A stretch of DNA of 64,000 nt from Eledone cirrhosa (GCA_964016885.1 OZ024744.1:104532001-104596000); one strand, 5' to 3'; positions 27,954 through 42,345 are shown, numbered from the stretch's first letter. Program-made: numbers and translations. Notes: generated from the letters alone by a model not told the origin.

Positions 27954-28423
27954 TGTGGGTGTGTGAGTATTCGCCAACAACCTGACCATGCTTGGTGAGG
28001 AGGGGGATTCTGGTGAAAAACAAAACCCTTCAAATGGCAAAGGAACTTATAACAAAACACTGGTGTGTATGAATATAACAAGAGTCGTGGTTTGTGTGTA
28101 TAATATTTAATCAACAATTTGTGGTTATATAGAACAGTATAGTTGACATGTCAATGAATAGATGAAAGAATGAAGCAAAGTTATTAGTTACCGTTTGGTT
28201 GCCAGGCGAACGCGCCTGGCCGAAGACGCCTGGCCAAAGACCAGGAGCCGAAAGGGCAAATGAGAGATAGGGAGCTGAAAGTTATTCCCTTTATAGGGTT
28301 GGAACGGAAGTGACAGAGAGGGTTCTGCCACCAACGGGAAGTAACTCCAACTACTTCCTGTATAGAGAGCGTTAATCTATTGGTGATGTGAGTGTCACAA
28401 CAAGGGAGGCAACTCCTGCTACA
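27954..28423 (-). mobile_element. Candidate solo LTR
   Basis: TGT...ACA termini; minus strand carries CCAAT, TATAAA and then ATTAAA in LTR order; no matching TSD seen. Confidence 0.5.
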
Positions 28424-29089
28424 TTACCTATCGCCAGATTTTTTAAATATAAAAATCGAATGAAATATGTACGTAGTAAGTTGGCGAGAATGTTGTAACA
28501 GGCATGAAAATTACGAAAAAAAACTAATGTTTGCAATAATAGGAAAACAGCAAAATATATGCATGCAAAAATCAATGATAGATATCAAGGTAGCCAACCG
28601 CTCTTGGCCAGAGAACGACTGGACATCTATCTATCCATCACCCAAAGATACAATGTAATCAAAGTAAGAGAAGAGCTCAAAGTTCAAATGTTCAAAATAC
28701 AGTTCACAGGTGTGCAATTACATGACAGCAGGAAAGAAAGTGTGTTCCAGAGAATGAATGCAGGTGGTTTCTGTTCTGTGGTATAACGTGAAATTTCCAA
28801 CCTCCGAATGGATTTTCTCACAGGAAGAGTGCTGCAAAAATAAATTCTCTGGCTTGTTCTGCTGGTTTTGGTTGTTGATGAAGCTGTGTTGCTGTTGATG
28901 TTGTTGTCTCGCGGAGTGAGCGTATTCGATGTTTAAATTCACAGTAAAAAATTTTTCAAGAAAAAATGAGTTGCGCAAAGTGCTAGAAATAACAGCCGAA
29001 GTTGATGGTCGATGTTGAGAATGCGTTGACCTGGAAGGGTCAAGAGGCCAGCGACCAAAGAAATAAGCATTCTGAATAAATGCGCAGTT

Positions 29090-29420
29090 TTCAGCGGCAA
29101 ATTTACGTGGTAAATTTTTAAACCGGCTAATAGGAAAATATAGCTTAAGGCTGGAGAATCCTTGGCGAGAAACGTTATCTCTGGCGTGTGGTTATCTCTG
29201 TGAGTCGAGAATTGTGCTGCCTACACGTGCAAAAACAAGGTTAAGTTGAAAAAAAAATATTTCTATTGCGCGAGAAAATGGCGTGAAAATGATAGTGCAA
29301 CAGGTCGTTGGCAGCCATTTTGAAAAAATGTGTTTGTGAAAGTGACAATATGATGAAAAAGAAAGAAAAGCTTCACTTAGTATAACAAACTCAAGAGAGT
29401 CAACGGCCATCCAATATAGT
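29090..29420. promoter_or_regulatory. Candidate promoter in unique CpG-retaining sequence
   Basis: YY1-like AAAATGGCG (29275-83) and GCAGCCATTTT (29311-21), E2F-like ttggcgagaaa and gcgcgagaaa, E-box CACGTG (29224-29), CCAAT (29411). Confidence 0.35.
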
Positions 29421-29479
29421 ATTATTTTCTTTTTGTGGAGTGAGAGACTCCTAGTCTTCATTAAGACATCTCTCTAGGA

Positions 29480-30134
29480 CTCAAGTTCTCAACCCATTTA
29501 GGCCAAACGCCCCCTTTTATCCCTCGAAATCACGAACCCCCCCCCCCCCCCGCCACCCTATTTTTTTCATTTTTCAATATACTACTGATTAGCAATAGTC
29601 CAAAGATGTTTGTATTATCTGATTATGTGTTGTATGTGGTCCTAGATGTGTGTGCTACTCGCTTCTGTTTTTTTCTTTTCTTTTTTTATTTGTAATATTA
29701 TTTATACAATAGGGAATAAAATAGATCTACATAGTGTTAACTCGTTACGGTTGAGTCAATAATTTCAGACATGAAATATATTGTTATCGGTGAAGGAAAG
29801 ATAAAATTCTAACTGGCTGCGCTCAAAGTGTCTTTGACCCAGTTGACTGTGGGTTTTTCCATTTTTAGGATCTCAATTACTGGTTAACGTCTCAATTACC
29901 GGACATGCCTGCACACCTGCTCACAGCTGCGGTCAGACTATAGTTATGCTGTCTGCAAGCTCATTCAAATACATTCACAGTGGCTGTCTCAAAGACATAC
30001 AAATATGGCTTATAAAACTTACCAAAATAAAGAGCCTTCCAGCGCTCCCCTGACCCCCCCCCCCGCTCCAAACGCCCCCCTGGAGTTCCGAAACACTCCC
30101 TGGGGGTGCATATGCCCCCCGTTGAGAACCTTTG
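29480..30134. mobile_element. Non-autonomous hAT (Charlie-type) DNA transposon
   Basis: 8-bp TSD ctctagga at 29472-79 and 30135-42; TIRs ctcaagttctcaac / gttgagaacctttg. Confidence 0.85.
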
Positions 30135-30409
30135 CTCTAGGAAAAGGTAATTTCATTTGCATCCAATGATGTAGACCAGTTCTTCTTTTTGGGGCAAATG
30201 CATTCAATGTTCAGAGAGTGGGATTGGCTCTGTGCAAAGCCTTTCCTCATTTAAAAAAGCTTCAAGCACAGGCATTGTTTGATATGGGACATTTGTGCGA
30301 TGCATGGTATTACTGGCCATAGGTAAGTCCCTAGCAGGACAAAAAAGCCCTGTCTGTGATGCTCATGCTTTAGTATCAAGCGATGGTATTACTCGAAATC
30401 AAGTTGCAG

Positions 30410-32990
30410 CCATCATCATCATCATCATCATTTTACGTCCACTTTTCCCTGCTTGCAAGGGTGGGACAGGTCCTATTCAGCACAGCATCTCTCCACTTGT
30501 CATGGTCTTTTGTCATCTCCTCCGTGAGCTTCAGCGATCTGAAGTCTGCTCTCACCACCTCCGCCCATGTTTTTCGTGGTCTTCCTTCTACTGGGATTTC
30601 TTAGCACTTCTTTACCCAGCAGTCATCCTCCATGCACATCATATGTCCATACCATCGCAGCTTCTCTCCCGCACACTACAACTTATCTCTCTTATACACA
30701 GTTTCTCTCTCAACTCATCTATGCTTGGTCGTTCATGCACATTACCAATGATTATAGTGAAGAATTTAGCATGCAGATAGGAGTGCATCAAAGATCCATT
30801 CTTAGCCCCCTCCTGTTTATTATTGCCCTATAGGCTATAACAGAACTGTTTCATACTGGCTGCCCATGGGAACAACTGTATGCAGATGATCTACCCCTTA
30901 TAGCTGAATCTATGGCAGATCTAGAGAAGAAATTCCAAACCTAGAAGCATGGCCTAAAATCTAAAGGTCTTCAAGTCAACCTGGCAAAGACCAAAGTCCT
31001 AGTATGTAGAAAGGATAACAGGCCCTGTTTCCCTCAGGGAAATAACTTTTCTTAGTGTGTAGGAATGGAGTTGGTAGTAATTCCAGCCTATGTTCCAAAT
31101 GCAAACTATGGGTACACAAAAGATGTAGTGGGAACGCAGGCAGGCTAAACAAACAACACAGGTTTAATATGTGGTTGATGCACAGGTGCAATAAGTAGGA
31201 AGAGCTCACAGGATACTCTCTCACCTTTTAATGCTCAGAAGTAGTCAACAGTTTCTGTTACCTGGGTGATTAACTTAACAGTGGAGGAGCGTTTTCCAAA
31301 AGTACTGTAGCCTGAGGGCAAATGGGATGGAAAAAGTTCAGGGAGCTACTGCCACTGCTAGCTGCAAAAGGCTTTTCCCTCAAAATGAAAGGCAGACTGT
31401 ATGATGCATGCATACGAACAGCAATGTTACATGGTAGTGAGACCTGGGCACTGTGTGTAGAAGACTTGCATAGATTAGAAAGAAACAAAGCTTGCATGCT
31501 CCGATGGATGTGTAATAGTAATATACGCAAACGGCAAAGCATAAATAAATTGAGAGGAGACTGAGCATAAGAGGAATCAAATGCTGTGGACATGTGATGC
31601 GTATGAAGAATGACAGCTACATAAAAAGGTGTAGATCACTAGAAGTCGATGGAAGCCGCGGAGTGGGGAGACTCAAGATGACCTGGGATGAGGTGATAAA
31701 AGCCAACCTTGCCTAATTGCACCTCTTAAAGGTGATGACACGGGACCGTGACCTCTGGCGTCACACAGTAATACAGAAGACCTGGCTTCCCACAGGAACA
31801 AGCCGAATCTGAAGCATATAGACAATATGCCCCCATCCCCTCCCACTGCAAAGTGGTCGTGGAGGTGCCACAGCAAAAAAAGCACCCAACACTCACTGTA
31901 AATGAGATTGGTGTTAGGAAGGGCATCCAGTTGTAGAAATCAAGCCCAAATCAGTTCTGTATGAACAAAACAAGGTCACCTGACTGGGCACTGCTCACAA
32001 CAGGACAACCCGTCTAATCCATGATAGTGTGGAAGAATGGATGTAAAACGGTGATGATGATGATGATATATATATATACATATATATCATCATCATCATC
32101 ATCATCGTTTAACGTCCATCTTCCATGCTTGCATGGGTTTGGATGGGAGTTTTCCCACTTGAGGCAAGAGTGGTTGTCTTGCTCGCATAGGACTGTCTGG
32201 CGGGTTTTCTACGGCTGGATGCCCTTCCTAACACCAACCACATTTACAGTGTGGACTGGGAGGTTTTTATGGCAAGAGATGTAGTGACATAACACATAGA
32301 CTAATAGGAAAGGAAGACTTTGTATGTAGATGTTGGGGGTTTATTGATAGTAATAGTGACAATGATATAAATCTTTTCCAGGAATGATCCATAGAAGTGG
32401 TTCACAGCTTTTGTTATATAGGTGACTTAATTATATGTGGAGGAAGAGGATGTTTCAAGAGTATAATAACTAGAATAAGGATAGGATGGAAAAAGTTTAG
32501 GGGACTACTACCGCAGTTGACAACAAAGGTTTCTCCCTACATACATAAGAACAACTCTATGATACCTGTGTGTGAAGTGCAATGCTGCATGGTAGTGGAA
32601 TATAGGCTGTGACTGTAGAGGACATGTGTAGAGAAATGAAGCAACCATGCTTCATTGGATGTTATGTAAATGTGAGAGAAAGGCAGAGCCTGGACGAGCT
32701 GAAGGAGAAGCTAGGTTTACGAGGTATGCAAAATGGTGTGCAGGAGAGAAGACTGCTTTGGTATAGATATGTGATGAGCATGGATGATGATTACTGGGCG
32801 AAGAAATGCAAATAAATTCCAGTGGAGGGAAACCGCAATAGAGGAAGACCAAAGAAGATTTGAGCAGTGATGGTGAGAGCTGATTTCAAATCACTGAAGC
32901 TTATGGTAGAGATGACAAAAGAACGTGATTAGTGGAGGGATGCTGTACTGAAAATGACCCATCCAACCCATGCTAGTGTAAAATAATGAT
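30410..32990. mobile_element. Cluster of RTE fragments: 30410-30745 (-), 30745-32065 (+), 32085-32270 (-), 32270-32990 (+)
   Basis: PWEQLYADDL (~30865-30895), GWKKFRELLPLL...MLHGSETW, (GAT)n/(ATC)n tails. Confidence 0.85.
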
Positions 32991-33249
32991 GAGGATAAAT
33001 ATAAATATGTATTGAGAATTTGCCACGTTGGTCCGAACTGCATGAATTTTCTGGGATTTTTTCGGGATTAACACATGGTCTCTGTGTGTGATATTTTGCT
33101 AATGCACCAGCTGCACTAAAGGCGCAATAATGAAACTGTATACAGTTCGGAGCGATATTATTCATTCCCATGCAAATCCATTTATCTACTATGTAACGTA
33201 TTGTGTCTGTTCTGATACAGGTTTGTATTTGCAACATACGATTTCTGTC

Positions 33250-36230
33250 TTTGCAAGTCCTCTGCACACAGTGTCCAAGTCTCACTTTCGTACAGCATTG
33301 CTGTTTGTACACAAGCATCATACAATCTACCTTCCATTTTGAGGGAAAAACTTTTTGCAGCCAGCAGAGGTAGTAGCTCACTGAACATTTTCCATTCTCA
33401 CTCTGGCTACTGTACTTTCAGAACACCTACCTCCACTGTTAATGTAGTCACAGAAACTGTCAACTATTTCTTTGGAGCCCTCTGGGCATTTAAAAGATCT
33501 TGCTCCTTAGCTGCTGTGCAATGGCTACAAACAAAGCCTATATTCTTTGTTAGCCTGCCTGAGATCCAACTACATCTCTCGTGTCCCCATAGTTTGCTTT
33601 TGGAACATAGGTAGGAAGAAATTTCTACCTACTCATTACCTGCATACTGAGCAAGGCTATTTCCCTGAGGGGATCTGGGACCTTTCTATCTACTAGAGCC
33701 ATAGACCCTTTAATTCTAGGTCATGATTCCAGGTTAGGAATTTCTTCTCTAATTCAGCTATTGATCCAGCTATGAGTGTAATATCATCTGCATACAGGAG
33801 TTCCCATGGGCAGCCAGTCTTATAGTTATAGTTTCCAGGATGATAAGCAGGAGAGTACTAAGAACAGATTCCTGGTGAATGCCAACTTGCATTCTCAATT
33901 ATTTGATATAGTCATTGTTAATCCCAACTTTTCTGCCCTCACAAGCCACTCATCTACTCCTAGTTTTCTAAGAGCCCACCAGATTATGGCCCAGAGGACT
34001 CTGTCAAATATTTTCTCCAGGCCAACAAATACCAAATAGAAGGGTTTACTTTTAGCTAGGTACTTCTCCTGTACTTCACAAGGAAGAGGGCATCAATTGT
34101 ACTTTTACCTGGTACAAATCTAAACTGCATCTCATCTAGGTTAACTTGGCCCCTAATCAGCTGTGCTATAACTCTTTCTGTAACTTTCATGGTCTGGTCG
34201 ATCAACTTGATGCCTCTGTAGTTTTCTCTATCTAGTGCATCACCTTTACCCTTGTAACAGTTGACAATGATGCTGCTATGCCAGCCATTAGGTATGACAT
34301 AATTTAGTATTACCTGGTTAACAACACGTGTGGTTATGGTGTGACCTACCATACCAGATGCCTTCAGCATCTCAGTAACTGTCCCCCATGGACCAGCCGC
34401 TTTCCCCATTTTCATATCCTTAATTGCCTTACATACTACACTGCTGCTGACTTGTATGGCTGGACCCTCTGTAGAGGTTCGCTTGGGGTTGACTACCTCC
34501 CTCCCATGCATTCTCTTCATTCAGTAATTTTTCATAATGGCACTTCCATGCTACCGCCTTTTCAGCATCCATGAGGGCAAATGTGCTATTATCATTTCAA
34601 ACACACTTCTCTCCAGCAACATCACAATTTCCCTGAATACCTCATGCCTCTGCTCTTCACTTCACAAAACATGGTTAATTTTTTCATTTTCTGCTTTCCT
34701 CCTTGCAAAGTATACTTCCCTTCTGGCTTCCAGGTAGTCTACCCTGCTTCCCCTATTCTTCAATTTTTTTCCATACCTGTCTCTTTGTCACAATTATCTC
34801 ATCCACTTTACTGTTCCACCACCAAGTGACTCTCCTTCTCTCAGTAGCCCTGTTCCAGCCACAGATATCATCTGTTGTCTTCAGTAAATTGTTTCAGGAA
34901 TTCCCAATGTTTCTTTATATAGTATGTCTCTATTTGTTCTTCCTTACTGTCATAAACATCAAGCAAAATTTCCCTAAATTTGTTACTGGCTGAGGGCTCC
35001 TTCACCCTCCTTATTCTTCTCCAGGTTGCCCTCTGGCTCTAAGTTCATCTAGCTCTAACTATGAAATCGGTAAGTACTAGGTCGGGAGGTGTATTTTTCA
35101 CCAGGGAAGGATTTTGCGTTTACAAGCATCATTCTATCATGTCCTCTGGCTAGTCTATCTGACTAGCATGCTATAGGTGATCAGATTTTTTTTAATTTGT
35201 GTTGCATATCGATACATCATTGGTGTCACAGAATTCTAGAAACCTGAAACCTTTATTTCTTGCACCAAACCCGTATCTTCCATGGACTCTATAGAAGCCA
35301 TCACAGTGTTGTCCAGCGTGTCTATTAAAGTCCCCTGCAATGATTAGGAAGTCATTGTCATTCATTAAGATAGTAGTGTGCATTAGGGATTTGTAAAACC
35401 CACCTTTTAGTTCATCTGACAATCCAGATTGAGGTGTATATAGATATAATTGTTACAGTTGTTCTATTTAACTTAATGATTTTATCGTTCACTATCATCA
35501 TCATCATTTAACGCCCATCTTCCATGCTAGTATGGGTTAGACGGTTTTGTTCCATTTGATGCGGGAATGGTTGGGAGACTGTGCCTCGCTCGTACGGAAG
35601 AGTCTGGCAAGTATTTTACAGCTGGTTGCCCTTCCTGACACCAACCACATTTACAGTGTGGACTGGGAGCCTTTTTACTGTGTCTCCTACACGACCACCT
35701 TACAGTGTGGACTGTTGTGTCATCAACACAGTGGACGGAACGGGAAAGGGAAGATGGGGTAGGTGGTGGGGTGTACTTTGGGTTAAGAGGTGCTTATTGA
35801 CTGTAGGTTTGATGCAATGGCAGTCGGGTCTTCTGTACAACTGCATGGCGCCAAAGGTCTTGATCCAATGTCATTGTCTTAGAGAGGTGTAAGTGTGCAA
35901 GGTCAGTTTTTATCACCTCGTCCCAGGTTTTTCTTGGTTTACCCACTCCGTTGCTTCCATCAATTTTGATCACTCTGCACTTTATTTACAGTAATTACCT
36001 TATCTACCTATTTTACAGCTAATATAATGCCTACTTCACTCAGCCTGTTGTTATTGTCCACCCAGAAACATTTGCAGCATTGTTTGTTGCCTTCAAGGAG
36101 TCTAGCCGATTCTCCTCTCCATCTAGACTCTTGTATACAACATACATCAACTTTCACTCCAGCATCACTACATCCTTTTATTGTGCCTACATTGATGGTG
36201 CCAGTTCTGAAATTTGGAAGTTTACCATAA
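33250..36230 (-). mobile_element. Decayed near-full-length RTE LINE with a nested RTE 3' fragment (~35490-35975)
   Basis: ORFs 34056-34520 (KMGKAAGP...NYRGIKL...STIDALF) and 35192-35422 (IAGDFNRHAG); PWELLYADD at ~33782-33808. Confidence 0.85.
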
Positions 36231-37433
36231 GAAGAAAAGAATACATGTGAAGTGGTGAAGATTGGGTTTCTAGCTTCTCATGGTTACCTGGAAACAAATG
36301 GGGGGGATTCATATTCATATTTAGGGCTGCTCCAGTTCTACCATAATACAACGCATCCAAGCTAAATAAGAATAGTAGTTGAAGTAGTTATTGCTATGAA
36401 CTACGAGTCCAGATGTATTTGTATTGCCATGGTTTAATTGGTCGATGAGGTTAAGGTGGTGAGTAGGGCTGGGTGGGTGAGATGGAAGATGAGTTGTAGG
36501 TGCCAGTTTAGACAGAGATAGAATCATCATCATTTAACATCTGCTTTCCTTGCTAGTAAGGGTTGGACAGGTCTACAATGACCAAGTCAGTACTGAAGCG
36601 GGGCCACTGACCTCCCAGACAGGCCAAGGAAGTCTGTATCCTGCTACGTACAGTCATTATCAAGTATAGAGGAGAAGTTGTGTCTTTTGACACAAACTGA
36701 AGGATACTGCCAACCTTGTTTGGCAGGTTTTCTACGGCAGAATGCCCTTCCTATCAACCAACCACTTTACAGTGTGTACTGGGCATTTTTATTGTGTAGA
36801 TCACCAACACTAGAGAGGTTGTTGTGTCTTTCACACAGCTGGAGGGTCCTCTCAACCCTTTTAGGCATGATTTCTACAGTGAGGTGCCCTTCCTGTCACC
36901 AGTGTACTGGGCATATTTCATGGCACCATCACTAGAGAGGCAGTTGGTCAAAGACCAAACTGTAGAGCCCTATCAACTCTGGGGAGGGAGATAGGCATGA
37001 AGTTATACGTGTTTGGAAGGATGGGTAGGTGGCTGGTTAGTGATGGGGATGTAGTCAAAATGGTGGGAGGCGATGGAAAGATAGGTAAGGCGTAAGGCAT
37101 AAGTATAGTGGGTTAGTGTATGGGGAGAGGGGATGAGGAGTGTAGAGTGCAATAGGAAAATAAGAAATATCCAAATAAACAGCTCAGCTAGTTTCATAAT
37201 GGAAACTTGTAACATGAAGGACAAGACAGATGGATGGAGGTAAAAGGTTATTTTCCATACTTCAAGTCAGCAAGGTGAGTGAACAAATGAATTGAACGGA
37301 CTTATTAGACATGAGGTGGGGAGACGGTGTCAGAGTGGAAGTGGTAGGAAAACAAATACCACACAGTCTTACTATTTTCAGTTTACATTTTTAAATCACT
37401 GAGACAAAGAAATTTTTTAAATAAATGTGTCAA

Positions 37434-37439
37434 TTTATT
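37434..37439 (-). terminator. Candidate polyadenylation signal (AATAAA) for RWDD4
   Basis: tttatt on the plus strand, ~50 nt beyond the stop codon. Confidence 0.45.
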
Positions 37440-37489
37440 TAGTTTTTAAAATATACACATTTTCTTCATCTTTTAAGGCAAAGAATATA

Positions 37490-37723
<234 letters not shown>

Positions 37724-39027
37724 TCACACCTATATTACTGAGTTATACTATTTTAGTTTAAATCCTCAGTTATTTGTTATATTCCTTAACTCTTAACATC
37801 TTGTAACAATTTAGCAGAAAATATCTAAAACAGGTTTGTTAATTCTAATATTTATAGAATCTTTGCTAGAGGACAGATTATTGTGAATAAACATCGATGA
37901 GTGAGAGAGAAACTGTATATAAGAGGGATAGGTTGAAGTGTCCCAGAGAGAAGACTGCATTGGTATGGACATGTGATGCACATGGAGGATGACCACTGGG
38001 TTAAGAAATCCCAGTGGAAGGAAGACCACAAAAAACATGGGCAGAGGTGGTGAGAGCAGACCTCAGATCGCTGAAGCTTAATAAGACCCATCCTGCCCTT
38101 GCAAGCAGGGAAGAGCGGACGTAAAATGATGATGATGATCTGTAATATTAATGTAAAGACTTTAATACTTGTGATAGTTCTAGTGCTGTTTTGTACTTTC
38201 CAAGGATATCTTGTTAATGTGCTCTCGTGTGGTACAAGAAACCAAGACATTCTTTAAAAGCAAAAAACAGCGCTACGACTGCATCACATTAAATCTTAAA
38301 GTCTGTACTGCAAATGTTCACAACAATATGTACACTAGTAAAGATACTATAAACATTTGAATTAATAAACCTATTTTTAGAGATTTAATGCTCAGGTGAT
38401 AACAGTAGACTTTAGGAAGATTGTTCAGGTGATAACAGTAGACTTTAGGAAGATAAAAATGATATTTTTTTGTATTTTTCAACCTATGATATGAGTTCAT
38501 AAAACAGGTTTACCAACAGTGTTTTCTCCATCAAATATATAATAATCCCTTTATAAATCTTTAGGATAAGGAATTGGAGAAGAGTGAATGTGTTGTGTTT
38601 CAAATAATTCACAGGACTGTTTTTATTATTATCTGTTATAAAGATGTCATCAATATAATAATTGTTTCTACTTTTACACAAGGCCAGCAATTACCCAGTG
38701 CATTACTGGTACTTTATTTTATCGACCCCGTAATGATGAAAGGCAAAGTTAACCTCGGCGGGATTTGAACGCAGAATGGCATCAATATAATAATAATAAT
38801 AACTGCTTCTACTTTAGGCAGAAGGCCAGCAATTTGAAGGGAAGGGGAGAGTCAATTCAACCCTAGAGCGTTATTGGTATGTTATCGACTCGGTAAGGAT
38901 AAAAGGCAAAGCTGACCTCAATGGGATTTGAACTCAGAACATAAGGGGCTGTAACTATATGCCACAAAGCACATTGTCTGATGCTCTACCGATACAACCA
39001 ATCAACTGTTAATAATAATAATAATTG

Positions 39028-39367
39028 GAGGCACATGGCTTAGTGGTTAGAGCATTGGCCTTGCAATCAAAAGGTTGTGAGTTCAATTCTCAGACTGGGT
39101 GATGTGTTGTTTCCTTGAGCAAGACACTTTATTTCCCATTGCTCCAGTTTACTCAGCTGTAGAAATGAGATGATAGGGACTGGGGTCCATATCATTCTAC
39201 TGCAAAGTGGTCGTGGAGGTGCCACGGCAAAAAAGCACCCAGCACTCACTGTAAATGATGTAGGTGTTAGGAAGGGCATCCAGCTGTAGAAATCAAGCCA
39301 GTATCAGTTCCCGTCCCACCCTTGCAAGCAGGGAAAAGCGGACGTAAAATGGAATGATGATGATGAT
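39028..39367 (+). mobile_element. tRNA/CORE-type SINE family A, full length
   Basis: ggaggcacatggcttagtgg head to cggacgtaaaatgg(atg)n; near-identical to the copies at 45375 and 52075. Confidence 0.85.
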
Positions 39368-40178
39368 TAGTAGCAGTATTATCAACATTGTGACATCACT
39401 GACTCTGTGAATCCCGTAAAACGGCTGGTGTCAAACATCATCTCAAAACACCCCATCCAAACCCATGCCAGCATAGTAAAGTGGACATAGACACCACCAA
39501 CACCACTGCTGTTACTGCAGCTCATGTTCTAGATTTCAGTCAATAAAGACTGCTACTGCCTTTTTTAGTCTGTCTTAGATTATACTTACTACTTACATCA
39601 CTGAAAGTGAATGACTCAACCTAGCAATTCTTTTAATAACATTTAACCTTACACTGGATATCTGAAGTGATTGAGATACTAGAGTATAGATCAATAGGTC
39701 TTAAGTTCAAATCCCATCCCAGCCTGAATGTGCTGAATCATCCAACACTGTCAGAAGACTTGGTAGGAAGATGGTAGATACAAAAGCTGTTTGTATCTTT
39801 ATAATAAAACTACCTGAATCATTGTTTCTGAGGATCAACAGCAGAATGGATGTATTTTGTTGAGAGTAATACTATGGAGTTACATAACTGCTATCAATTA
39901 TTCAATATATCGATAAAATCTTGATTTATTTTGCCTTTGAAACAATCATAAAATAATAGATTAAATAACTAAACTTTTCTTTTTGTTTTCATTTTTCAAC
40001 CTTAAATACAAATAGTTACCTAAAATTAGCTTCACAGATGCATTTTAATTGTCTAATATTTTTTAATGGAAACTAAAATTATATAAAATAATTTAGTACC
40101 ATAAATGGTAGCTTGTTATTAAAGAATGCCTGAACATTTCTGAAACATAAAACTAACCAAATAAGATTGTACATTTAC

Positions 40179-40298
40179 CTCAGTTTCAGCAGTAACAGGA
40201 ACAACAGAACTGGGCTGATAAACCATCAACATGCCAATATTCTCTTTAATCCATTCAAATAATGTATAAGTCATTGCACAGCCTAGCATTTCATCAGC
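40179..40298 (-). CDS. RWDD4: RWDD4 coding exon 5 (120 nt)
   Basis: AG/GT boundaries; ADEMLGCAMTYTLFEWIKENIGMLMVYQPSSVVPVTAETE (conserved LGxAMTYTLFE). Confidence 0.95.
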
Positions 40299-41150
40299 CT
40301 GAAGGAAAAAAACAAATAATCAACCACTTATATTTGCTGAACTTTTACTAAATACCCTGACATATTTTCTTTACATGTGAATCAAGTGGAAAAAAAAACA
40401 ACATTTTATAATAATTCTGAGGCATTTAAAATCTTGGCTTGTTATACTTTTAAAATTGATTTAGTATTATTTTGCATGCTCTTAATTGATATTTCTAAAG
40501 TGACAATTGTCAGCTAATCTGTTTGAATTTGTATTGAGGCAAGCCAGATATGTTTTAAAGACACAAACAAACTGAATTGCCCTTTTGTTATGATCAGTGA
40601 ATTTAAAGTAAAAACATGAGAGGCTGCTGGAATTTATTTGTTTAAGAGTGTCCCATGAAGGGCATCCAGGTGTAGAAATCAAGCCAAAATCAGTTTCGTA
40701 TGAGCAAGACATGGTCACCTGACCTGGCATTGCTCACAACAGGAAAACCCGTCTAACCCATGCTAGCGTGAAAGAATGGACGTAAAACAGTGATGATGAT
40801 GATATATAAGCAGTAAATTGGCATTAGAGTCGTTAGAACATCAGATAGAATGCTTTGTGGTATTCGTTCCAGATCTCTGCTCTCTGAGTTCAAATCCCAA
40901 CAAGGTCAACTTTGCCTTTCATCCTTTCGAGGTCGATAAAGAAGTACCAGTCTAATACTGGGGTTGATTTTTCCTCTATATCTCTTTCTCATTTCCTCTC
41001 TCTCACTTTCTATCTTTCTCTGGAAGAAATCTGCTGTTCTCAGGCCTGGATAGGGATGGGCTCTGCCAGGCTTAAAATGCCCCCAAAATACTGTATGTAT
41101 ATACGGCGGCCCTATGACTATCAGGAGTTACGGGACCATACATATATATA

Positions 41151-41477
41151 TTGTTATACTTTGGAAAGGTCATGCTGCCAACAAAAACACACACACCTGT
41201 TGGATTTCACTTCAATTTATTACAAATTTCTGGTTGGTTGATTCAATAAGCGGATGGTTGTTTATATATTGTTAAAGCTCTTTTGTCACACATTCTGTGA
41301 CCTCCTCAGTGACTGATTTTTTATTTTGTGTATCTCCTTTGTTCTGTCCTACACCATTTAGTCTTTGTGTGTTGTTGATTATTGAACCAACCAACCGGAA
41401 ATTTGTAATAAATTGAAGTGAAAACCAACAGGTGTGTGTGTTTTTATTGGCAGCATGACCCTCCCAAAGTATAACAA
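41151..41477. mobile_element. Palindromic element with ~99-bp TIRs inserted in (TA)n
   Basis: 41151-41249 mirrors 41379-41477 with few mismatches; (TA)n on both sides. Confidence 0.85.
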
Positions 41478-41493
41478 TATATATATATATATT

Positions 41494-42314
41494 GCTGGAT
41501 GTGCAATAGTAATATACGTGAACGGCAAAGCATAAACGAACTAAGGAAAAAATTAGAAATAAGAGGGATCAGATGTTGTTTACTCGAGAGAAGGCTACGT
41601 TGGTACGGTCACGTGATGCGCATGAAAGACGACAGCTGTATAACAAAGTGCAGGGCAATAAAGATAGACGGTAGCCACGGAGTAGGCAGACCCAGAAAAA
41701 CATGGGACGAGCTGATAAATTCCGACCTCACACGCTTACACCTCTCCAAGACAATGTCACTGGACCGAGACCTTTGGCGGTACTCAGTAATAGAGAAGAC
41801 CCGCCTTACCTAAATACAAAGTAAAAACCTACTACAGTCAGTAGGCATCTCTATCAAAACACCCCCCCGTCCCACCACCCCATCCACACCGCCCCTTTCA
41901 ATGTACAGTTATGTTGGTCCCACAACATCCAGGCCGAAACAAATGAGATCGTGTAGGTGTCACGACAAAAAACACACAGTCCACGCTGTAAATGTGGCCG
42001 TGTAGGCAACACGGTAAAAACCTCCCAGCCCCACACTGTAAATGTGGTTGGTGTTAGGAAGGGCATCCAGCTGTAGAAAACCCGCCAGACAGTCCACGCT
42101 GTAATGTGGCCGTGTAGGCAACACGGTAAAAACCTCCCAGCCCCACACTGTAAATGTGGTTGGTGTTAGGAAGGGCATCCAACTGTAGAAAACCCGCCAG
42201 ACAGTCCTATGCGAGCAAGACAACCACTCTTGCCTCAAGTGGGAAAACCCCCGTCCAAACCCATGCAAGCGTGGAACACGGACGCTAAACCTGATGATGA
42301 TGATGATGATGATG

Positions 42315-42315
<1 letters not shown>
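41494..42315 (+). mobile_element. Young 5'-truncated RTE LINE (ORF end + 3' UTR + (GAT)n)
   Basis: Open ORF 41499-41813 ERRLRWYGHVMRM...GRPRKTW; CpGs retained. Confidence 0.9.
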
Positions 42316-42345
<30 letters not shown>

